DNA from: Thermodesulfobacterium commune DSM 2178
Lineage (GTDB): Bacteria > Desulfobacterota > Thermodesulfobacteria > Thermodesulfobacteriales > Thermodesulfobacteriaceae
Assembly (NCBI RefSeq): GCF_000734015.1
Contig: NZ_CP008796.1
Coordinates: 1 to 32,000 of the forward strand
Length of the DNA: 32,000 nt
Reading direction: 5' to 3'
Below the pieces are notes generated by a model. It was given only the letters and a program-made list of their open reading frames with translations, searched no databases and had not been told where the DNA came from. The position numbers and the translations under genes are program-made. Of this stretch, positions 1 through 6,468 are shown piece after piece. The first letter of the stretch is position 1. Each line of letters begins with the position of its first letter.

Positions 1-898
1 GGATGAGTGTGTGGAGTTAGGGAAGTTTACGCTTAAGGCGTTTAAGGATTTGGTGTTAAGTAATCCTCAGTATGTGGAGTTGATAAAGGGGGACATTTAC
101 AAGGTGGTGACGAATTATTTGGGAACGGTGGATGAGGCTGGGAAGGTAACCTATTATGATGGTACACAGGTGTTTGTGGACACGAAGGGTAATGAGATAG
201 GTAGGTTTAGTGGTAAGGAGTATTTGGAGTGGATAGCAGAGAGGACGTTGCCGTGGAGTTATCAGAAGGCACCGTACATTAAGAAGTTAGGTTGGAAGGG
301 GATAGTGGATGGAGAGGGAACGAGTTTATACAGTGTGGGGCCGCTAGCGAGGTTTAACGTGGGGAATGGATTTGACACACCTGGTGCGCAGGAGGCGTAT
401 GAGGAGATGGTAGAGTTTTTTGGAGGGAAGCCTGTGCATAACATACTGGGTTATCACTGGGCGAGGGCGATAGAGTTGTTACATTGTGCGGAGAAGGTGA
501 AGGAGCTTGCGTCAGACGAGAGTATCACAGCTCCTGACGTGAGGCAGGAGTTAGGTGAGGCATTAGGAGAGGGAGTAGGGATTGTTGAGGCAGCGAGGGG
601 AACGCTTATTCATCATTACAAGACAGACAGTAAGGGTATAGTAACTGACGCAAACATCATAGTTGCAACCACCCACAACAAAGGGTCTATAAACATAGCG
701 ATCAAGAGGGCGGCAGAGAATTTTATCAAGGAAGGAAAGGTAGATGAGGGAATTTTAAACTTGGTAGAGATGGCTTACAGGCCCTATGACCTTTGTCTTG
801 CCTGTTCTACCCACACCTTACCTGGGAAGTTGCCTGTGCAGATAGACATCTACACCAAGGACGGAGAGCTGGTAAAAAGTTTGAGAAACTTTAAATAA
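1..898 (+). CDS. mvhA: [NiFe]-hydrogenase large subunit, Mvh/group 3c type. C-terminal ~298 codons of a gene that begins upstream of the window; paralog of 4473..5936.
   Basis: The frame is open from nt 2 to TAA at 896-898. It carries the C-terminal Ni-binding motif D-L-C-L-A-C-S-T-H followed by a 27 aa tail of the protease-cleaved type. By hand alignment it has 15 substitutions and no indels against 5039..5936. Confidence 0.9.
   Translation, partial: DECVELGKFTLKAFKDLVLSNPQYVELIKGDIYKVVTNYLGTVDEAGKVTYYDGTQVFVDTKGNEIGRFSGKEYLEWIAERTLPWSYQKAPYIKKLGWKGIVDGEGTSLYSVGPLARFNVGNGFDTPGAQEAYEEMVEFFGGKPVHNILGYHWARAIELLHCAEKVKELASDESITAPDVRQELGEALGEGVGIVEAARGTLIHHYKTDSKGIVTDANIIVATTHNKGSINIAIKRAAENFIKEGKVDEGILNLVEMAYRPYDLCLACSTHTLPGKLPVQIDIYTKDGELVKSLRNFK
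1..898 (+). repeat. Direct repeat copy A (3' part of mvhA), partner at 5039..5936
   Basis: Constant offset of 5038 nt, 15 mismatches in 898 nt, no indels. Identity ends exactly at the stop codon, and the downstream sequences are unrelated. Confidence 0.95.
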
Positions 899-923
899 AA
901 TTCAAATTTTCTGATCTCAATTA

Positions 924-952
924 AGTAGGGGGATCTCCCCCTACTTTCTTTT
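924..952 (+). terminator. Rho-independent terminator after mvhA copy A
   Basis: Stem AGTAGGGGG (924-932) pairs with CCCCCTACT (937-945) around loop ATCT, followed by TTTCTTTT. Confidence 0.7.
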
Positions 953-1065
953 AATCTATTGCTTTTAAAATCTTAAATTAAAACTGACAGGTTTTCAAAT
1001 ACACCTGTTCAAAAAGTGTCATTTAGGATAGCTCTTCATGTGTAAACTGTGTTTTGTATAAATAT

Positions 1066-1150
1066 AAAAAGTAAAAATTTTAAAAAACAAATAAAAATGT
1101 TTAAATTTTTTAGAAAAGTTAAATAAAAAAAGGAAAAAATAAGAAAAAAA
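1066..1150 (+). promoter_or_regulatory. Block of helically phased A-tracts upstream of the hdrA promoter (probable intrinsically bent DNA or UP-like region)
   Basis: A-runs start at 1082, 1093, 1103, 1114, 1125, 1134 and 1144, a spacing of 9-11 nt. The block ends about 15 nt before a TTGACT box. Confidence 0.4.
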
Positions 1151-1164
1151 GCTTTTAAGTCTAT

Positions 1165-1192
1165 TTGACTTTGATTATTAGTATTTTATAAA
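1165..1192 (+). promoter_or_regulatory. Putative sigma70-type promoter for hdrA
   Basis: TTGACT at 1165-1170, a 16 nt spacer, TATAAA at 1187-1192, about 46 nt upstream of the ATG at 1239. Confidence 0.35.
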
Positions 1193-1238
1193 TAAATAAT
1201 GAAGGGACTAATAGAATATCAAAATAAGGGGGTTAGAC

Positions 1239-2144
1239 ATGCCAAAGGTTGGGGTTTATGTATGTCATTGTGGTGAGAACATTAAAGGTGGGCTTAATAT
1301 CCAGGAGTTGGTAGAGTTTGCCAAAACATTGCCTGATGTGACAGTAGTGAGAGATTATTTCTTCATGTGTTCTGACCCTGGGCAGGAGTTGATCAAGAAT
1401 GATATTAAAGAGGGTTTAGTTGACAGGGTGGTAGTTGCTGCTTGTACTCCAAGAACTCATGAGCCTATTTTTAGGGCAGCGGTAGAGTCAGCAGGTTTAA
1501 ACAAGTATTTTTGTGAAATAGCTAACATAAGAGACCAGAATACCTGGGCTCACTGGGGGAAGATTAAAGAGGCTACAGACAAGGCTAAAAGGATCATAAA
1601 AAGCGCGGTAGCTAAGGTAAGATTGGCTGAACCTTTAGAAGACCGTTTTGAACCTATGGAAAAGTCTGTTTTGGTGGTAGGTGGTGGAATTGCAGGTATG
1701 TTTGCTGCTTTAGACTTAGCTAACATGGGTTTAAAGGTTTATCTGGTAGAGAAAAGGCCTTCTATAGGCGGGAACATGGCTATGCTTGACAAAACGTTCC
1801 CGACTATGGACTGTTCGGCTTGAATACTCACCCCCAAGATGGGCGAGGTCGCCCAGCATCCTAACATCGAACTTATCACCTATGCCGAGGTAGAAGATGT
1901 TAAGGGTTATGTAGGTAACTTTGAAGTTACCATAAGAAAAAAAGCCAGGTATGTAGACTGGGATAAGTGTACAGGTTGTGGTCACTGTATGAACATTTGT
2001 CCTTCCAAGGCTCCAAACGAGTTTAACCTTGGTCTGGATAAGAGACCGGCTATTTATATACAATTTCCTCAGGCAGTGCCGAAGTTTCAGGAGGTAATGA
2101 AGCAGACAGCGTTAGCAGAGGTAGCACCGTTTCCACTTGACTAA
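1239..2144 (+). CDS. hdrA: Heterodisulfide reductase subunit A-like flavoprotein with an in-frame TGA (Sec) at 1821-1823. Only ~301 codons, so the C-terminal half of a normal HdrA is missing.
   Basis: RBS AAGGGGG lies upstream. Motifs present: N-terminal VCHCGENI Cys domain, FAD fingerprint VVGGGIAG, conserved block LDKTFPTMDCSA-[TGA]-ILTPKM, inserted ferredoxin CTGCGHCMNICP, then FPQAVP. ORF-track pieces 1239..1823 and 1839..2144 share one frame. HdrA-like sequence ends near 2081 and TAA is at 2142-2144. Confidence 0.8.
1840..1855 (+). promoter_or_regulatory. Putative bacterial SECIS hairpin for the hdrA UGA
   Basis: UGGGCG-AGGU-CGCCCA, a 6 bp GC-rich stem starting 16 nt after the UGA. The loop and closing base read GGUC. 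Confidence 0.55.
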
Positions 2145-2162
2145 AGAAAAAGGAGGGAAGAG

Positions 2163-3065
2163 ATGAAGAGGGTAGGATTGTTTTTAGGATGTAACATACC
2201 GTTGAGGAGGCCGGATATAGAGTATTCGATGAGGTATTTGTTGAAGGAGTTGGGGGTGGAGGTAGTGGATTTAGAGGGAGCGACATGTTGTCCGGCGTTT
2301 GGGACGATGCCATCGGTGGATTTAGTGGGGTGGTGTGTGGGATCAGCGTGGAACATGGCGATAGCAGAGGGTAAGGGATTAGAGGTGATGGTAACGGGGT
2401 GTGGTAGTTGTTATGGGAGTTTGAATGAGGCGAGATATCACATGGAGAAGCATCCTGAGATAAAGGAGAAGGTTAACGAGATACTGGGAAGTGTGGGTAT
2501 GAGGTATGAGGGGAAGGTGAAGGTGTACAACATATACAATTATATATATGATTTTATTGGGTTAGAGGAGTTGAGGAAGGCGGTGAAGTATCCGTTGAAT
2601 GGGATGGTATGTGGGGTGCAGGTAGGGTGTCACAATTTATGGCCGAGCAAGGCGTATCCGGCGAATGATGAGAATACGTTTCAGCCGAGGAGGTTGAGGG
2701 AGATATGTGAGGCGTTAGGAGGGGTAGCGCCGTGGTATAGCATGATGACAGATTGTTGTGGTATGGGTGCGTTGGGTAGTTTAGCGAGGGACAAGTCTTG
2801 GAGTTTGTTTAAGAAGAAGGCGAGTAAGATGATAGAGGAGATAAATCCTGAGGTATTTGTGACGGGGTGTAGTAGTTGTTTGTTGAGGTTTGACAACGAT
2901 CAGGCTCAGATGAAGAAGGAGGGGGTAATAGATTTTGAGGTACCGGCGGTGCATGTGGCGCAGTTGGTTGCGTTGGCGTTGGGGGCGGAGCCGGAGAAGG
3001 CGGTAGGTTTGGCAGAGGTGCCAGTAGACAAGGTGGTAGAAAAAATAAGAGCAGGAGGTAAGTGA
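2163..3065 (+). CDS. hdrB: HdrB-like protein with two CCG (Cys-rich) domains
   Basis: Strong RBS AAAGGAGGG. First domain: LGC ... ATCCPAFG ... TGCGSC. Second domain: VGCHN ... TDCCGMG ... TGCSSC. Confidence 0.85.
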   Translation: MKRVGLFLGCNIPLRRPDIEYSMRYLLKELGVEVVDLEGATCCPAFGTMPSVDLVGWCVGSAWNMAIAEGKGLEVMVTGCGSCYGSLNEARYHMEKHPEIKEKVNEILGSVGMRYEGKVKVYNIYNYIYDFIGLEELRKAVKYPLNGMVCGVQVGCHNLWPSKAYPANDENTFQPRRLREICEALGGVAPWYSMMTDCCGMGALGSLARDKSWSLFKKKASKMIEEINPEVFVTGCSSCLLRFDNDQAQMKKEGVIDFEVPAVHVAQLVALALGAEPEKAVGLAEVPVDKVVEKIRAGGK

Positions 3066-3066
3066 T

Positions 3067-3477
3067 ATGAGTTGGGAGCCAAAGATAGTGGTTATAGCTT
3101 GTAACTGGTGTACCTATGCTGCGGCAGACCTGGCAGGTAGTTTAAGATATAGTTATCCACCTACAGCATATATAGTAAGGGTTCCCTGTAGTGGTAGGGT
3201 AGAGCCTGAGTTTATAGTAGAGGCTTTAAAAACAGGAGCAGACGCTGTGTTAGTGGGTGGCTGACCTCCTGGGGACTGTCATTACCGGTCAGGTAATTAC
3301 AAGGCATTGAGGCGTTTTAAGCTTTTGAAGAGGGTGTTAGAGGAGTTGGGAGTGGAAGGAGACAGGGTGAGGCTTGAGTGGATATCAGGTAGTGAGGGTA
3401 AGAAGTTTGCGGACATAATAACGGAGATGGATGCCAAGGTAAGGGAACTAGGACCAAATCCAATGAAGGGGGTATAG
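3067..3477 (+). CDS. mvhD: Mvh hydrogenase delta subunit (MvhD) with an in-frame TGA (Sec) at 3262-3264
   Basis: RBS AGGAGG. N-terminus IVVIACNWCTYAAADLAG, then VPCSGR. The conserved G-C-x-x-G-D-C-H-Y block reads G-G-[TGA]-P-P-G-D-C-H-Y. The frame continues to TAG at 3475-3477. Confidence 0.85.
3278..3300 (+). promoter_or_regulatory. Putative bacterial SECIS hairpin for the mvhD UGA
   Basis: GU-C-AUUACC / GGUCA loop / GGUAAU-U-AC, starting 13 nt after the UGA. Confidence 0.55.
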
Positions 3478-3480
3478 GAG

Positions 3481-4437
3481 ATGAGTAAGCCTAAGTTAGC
3501 ATATTACCTGGCAGGAGGATGTGCAGGTTGTGATATAAGTTTGGTAGATTTAGCTGATTTTTTGGTGGATGTGGTTAGTGCGGTGGACATAGTGTTTTTT
3601 GCGCCTACACTTGTGGATGTGAAGTATAAGGATTTTGAGGCATTGCCAGATGGGTCGGTGGATGTGGGTTTGTTGACAGGTAACATAAGGAACAAGGAAC
3701 ATGAGCATATGGCGAAGGTGATGAGGGCGAAGTGTAAGGTGTTGATAGCGTATGGTATATGTGCGAGTTTAGGTGGTATCAAGGGTTTGGTTAATTTGTA
3801 TAGTAATCAGGAGTTGTTGGAGAAGGCGTATAGGGATACGTTTAGTACAGACAATCCTACAGGGGAGTTACCGAGTCCCAAGTATGTGGTAGATGGGAAG
3901 TATGAGTTGGAGTTGCCGGAGTTGACGGAGGCCAGAACGTTGGATCAGGTGGTGGAGGTGGATTATTACATAGGAGGGTGTCCGCCGCATTATGAGCATG
4001 TGAAGGCGGCGTTGGTTGCGTTGTTAGAGGGTAAGTTACCGCCGAGGGGTAGTTGGATAACGATGGGGCATGCGGTGTGTGAGGTATGTTCGAGGAACCC
4101 TGTGTTGAGGGGGGAGAAGAAGAAGCCTGTATTAGAGGTTAGGAGGGTGATAGAAGGGGGAGTAGAGGAGGAGGCATGTTTGCTTGAGGCGGGGTATTTG
4201 TGTTTAGGTCCTGTTACACAGGGAGACTGTGGAGCGAGTTGTTTGAAGGTGAACGTGCCGTGTAGGGGATGTGGAGGGCCGATACCAGGGGTAAGGGATT
4301 ATGGTTTGAGGGCGATAAGTGCGATAGCGAGTGCATTGGAAAACGAGGAGTTGGTAGACAGGATAGAGGACCCTGTGAGGTTGTTTTACCGGTATAGTTT
4401 GCCAGGGTCTATGATAGGGAAGAGGCTTGGAAAGTAG
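3481..4437 (+). CDS. mvhG: [NiFe]-hydrogenase small subunit, Mvh type (MvhG)
   Basis: N-terminal GGCAGCDIS motif, further Cys clusters (GGCPPH, CEVCS, CxGPVTQGDCGASC, PCRGCGGP), and its position between mvhD and mvhA. Confidence 0.9.
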   Translation: MSKPKLAYYLAGGCAGCDISLVDLADFLVDVVSAVDIVFFAPTLVDVKYKDFEALPDGSVDVGLLTGNIRNKEHEHMAKVMRAKCKVLIAYGICASLGGIKGLVNLYSNQELLEKAYRDTFSTDNPTGELPSPKYVVDGKYELELPELTEARTLDQVVEVDYYIGGCPPHYEHVKAALVALLEGKLPPRGSWITMGHAVCEVCSRNPVLRGEKKKPVLEVRRVIEGGVEEEACLLEAGYLCLGPVTQGDCGASCLKVNVPCRGCGGPIPGVRDYGLRAISAIASALENEELVDRIEDPVRLFYRYSLPGSMIGKRLGK

Positions 4438-4472
4438 GTAAGAAGATAAAAAACAGAGAGGAGGGGAAGGGT

Positions 4473-5936
4473 ATGCAGAGGATAGAGATAAATCCCATGA
4501 CAAGGCTTGAGGGTCATGGGAAGATAACGATATTTTTGGATGACAAGGGTAATGTAGACAATGCCTTTTTACAGGTAGTAGAGTTTATGGGATATGAGAA
4601 GTTTTTGATAGGTATGCCTATAGAGGAGGTGCCAAGGACAGTAAGCACGATCTGTGGCGTCTGAAGGGGTGTACATTTTATGGCCTCGTTGAAGGCCGCA
4701 GATGAGGTATATGGGGTAAAGCCTACGGAGACGGCGAGGAAGTTGAGGGAGTTGTTTTATTATGCGCATTATGTAGAGGACCACATGGAGATCATATATG
4801 CGTTGGGGTTGCCTGATTTTGTTTGTGGGCCTACGGCATCTCCAGCAGAGAGGAACTTGGTTGGGTTGATTATGAAGGTGGGAGTTGATGTAGGAAGAGA
4901 TGTTTTGAAGAAGAGATTTGCTGCTGTTAGGATCTTTGAGATCCTTGGAGGAAGGCCAAGCCATCCAGTGGCAGCGATACCCGGGGGATGGAGCAAGAGG
5001 CTGAAGGAGGAGGAAAGGCAGGAGATACTGAGGTATGCGGATGAGTGTGTGGAGTTAGCGAAGTTTACGCTTAAGGCGTTTAAGGATTTGGTGTTAAGTA
5101 ATCCTCAGTATGTGGAGTTGATAAAGGGGGACATTTACAAGGTGGTAACGAATTATTTGGGAACGGTGGATGAGGCTGGGAAGGTAACCTATTATGATGG
5201 TACACAGGTGTTTGTGGACACGAAGGGTAATGAGATAGGTAGGTTTAGTGGTAAGGAGTATTTGGAGTGGATAGCAGAGAGGACGTTGCCGTGGAGTTAT
5301 CAGAAGGCACCGTACATTAAGAAGTTAGGTTGGAAGGGGATAGTGGATGGAGAGGGAACGAGTTTATACAGTGTGGGGCCGCTAGCGAGGTTTAACGTGG
5401 GGAATGGATTTGACACACCTGGTGCGCAGGAGGCGTATGAGGAGATGGTAGAGTTTTTTGGAGGGAAGCCTGTGCATAACATACTGGGTTATCACTGGGC
5501 GAGGGCGATAGAGTTGTTGCATTGTGCGGAGAAGGTGAAGGAGCTTGCGTCAGACGAGAGTATCACAGCTCCTGATGTGAGGCAGGAGTTAGGTGAGGCA
5601 TTAGGAGAGGGAGTAGGGATTGTTGAGGCAGCGAGAGGAACGCTTATCCATCATTACAAGACAGACAGTAAGGGTATAGTAACTGACGCAAACATCATAG
5701 TTGCGACCACCCACAACAAAGGGCCTATGAATATAGCGATCAAGAGGGCGGCAGAGAATTTTATCAAGGAAGGAAAGGTAGATGAGGGAATTTTGAACCT
5801 GGTAGAGATAGCTTACAGGCCCTATGACCTTTGTTTTGCCTGTTCTACTCACACCTTACCTGGGAAGTTGCCTGTGCAGATAGACATCTACACCAAGGAC
5901 GGAGAGCTGGTAAAAAGTTTGAGAAACTTTAAATAA
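4473..5936 (+). CDS. mvhA: [NiFe]-hydrogenase large subunit, Mvh type, with an in-frame TGA (Sec) at 4662-4664 inside the N-terminal nickel-binding motif
   Basis: RBS GAGGAGGGG. N-terminus INPMTRLEGHGKI. The RxCGxCxxxH motif reads T-I-C-G-V-[TGA]-R-G-V-H. ORF-track pieces 4473..4664 and 4680..5936 share one frame. The C-terminal motif is DLCFACSTH plus a cleavable tail. Confidence 0.85.
4681..4698 (+). promoter_or_regulatory. Possible SECIS hairpin for the mvhA UGA
   Basis: UGGCCU-CGUUGA-AGGCCG, 5 GC pairs plus one U-G pair, starting 16 nt after the UGA. The loop contains GU but not GGUC. Confidence 0.4.
5039..5936 (+). repeat. Direct repeat copy B (3' part of mvhA), partner at 1..898
   Basis: See copy A. 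Ten of the 15 differences are synonymous and five change residues (G/A, S/P, I/M, M/I, L/F). Confidence 0.95.
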
Positions 5937-5962
5937 GTTGTGTTTCCGTAGGAAGAATTTTT

Positions 5963-5995
5963 AAAAGGGGGCTTTATAGCCCCCTTTTTTATTTT
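5963..5995 (+). terminator. Rho-independent terminator after mvhA
   Basis: AAAA-GGGGGC-TTTATA-GCCCCC-TTTTTTATTTT. Confidence 0.75.
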
Positions 5996-6018
5996 GATAA
6001 GTAGTTTATAATTAAGTT

Positions 6019-6468
6019 ATGCAGAAAAAGGCCATAGTTATAGGAATAGGCAACCCTAACTTTAAAGACGATGGGGTTGGGTATAAGATAGTAGAACAGC
6101 TGGAAGGTTTGGTAGATACTGTTTGTTTGCTTAACACTGACTTAAAGGTAATAGATGTGATGTTGGGGTATGACGTTGCTGTCATAGTTGATGGGGTAAA
6201 GGTAGGGGTTGAACCTGGGACGATAGTCGAGATTGACCCGTTTAAAACCTTTGATAAGGTTTATGCCAGCGGTACTCATAGTCTTACGGTTTTTGAGGTA
6301 ATAAGGATTGGTTATCAAGTTTTTCAAGAGGAAATGCCTAAGGAGATAAAGATCATCGGGGTAGAGGTAGAAGATATAGATACTTTGGATAGAGATTGTA
6401 GCCCTAAGGTTAAGGCAGCCATTCCTAAGGTAGTAGAGATTATCAAAGAATATTTAGGACTAATTTAG
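6019..6468 (+). CDS. Hydrogenase maturation endopeptidase (HycI/FrhD/HyaD family)
   Basis: N-terminus AIVIGIGNPNFKDDGVG, later AVIVDG and SGTHSL motifs. It lies directly downstream of mvhA. Confidence 0.85.
   Translation: MQKKAIVIGIGNPNFKDDGVGYKIVEQLEGLVDTVCLLNTDLKVIDVMLGYDVAVIVDGVKVGVEPGTIVEIDPFKTFDKVYASGTHSLTVFEVIRIGYQVFQEEMPKEIKIIGVEVEDIDTLDRDCSPKVKAAIPKVVEIIKEYLGLI

Noticed and set aside
262-444. Antisense ORFs inside the mvh/hdr genes (262..444, 5300..5482, 4569..4964, 4769..4996, 5601..5852, 3504..3782, 4204..4503, 2050..2356, 1731..2063)
   Set aside because: These are shadow ORFs opposite strongly supported genes. The C-poor sense strand makes the antisense strand poor in stop codons. 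The 262 and 5300 ORFs are identical only because of the repeat.
1-898. The 898 nt repeat as an insertion sequence or other mobile element
   Set aside because: Both copies are the same coding region of a hydrogenase gene, and identity stops at the stop codon. There are no inverted repeats, transposase or target duplication.
1821-1823. The four TGA codons (1821, 3262, 4662, 10183) read as ordinary stops or pseudogene-forming nonsense mutations
   Set aside because: In each case the frame continues with conserved family sequence. Three of the TGAs (hdrA, mvhD, mvhA) fall at conserved Cys positions and the fourth lies beside the rhodanese active-site Cys. A GC-rich hairpin follows each after 12-16 nt. 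Four independent coincidences of this kind are unlikely.
2097-2144. Mini-ORF MKQTALAEVAPFPLD preceded by AGGAGG
   Set aside because: It is in frame with hdrA and the AGGAGG is only 2 nt from the ATG. It is better explained as the foreign tail of the truncated hdrA.
4680-5936. ATG at 4680 as the true start of a separate large-subunit gene (split mvhA)
   Set aside because: A split would cut the RxCGxCxxxH motif between the C and the H and delete a metal ligand. The piece shares a frame with the upstream piece, and the hairpin overlaps this ATG.
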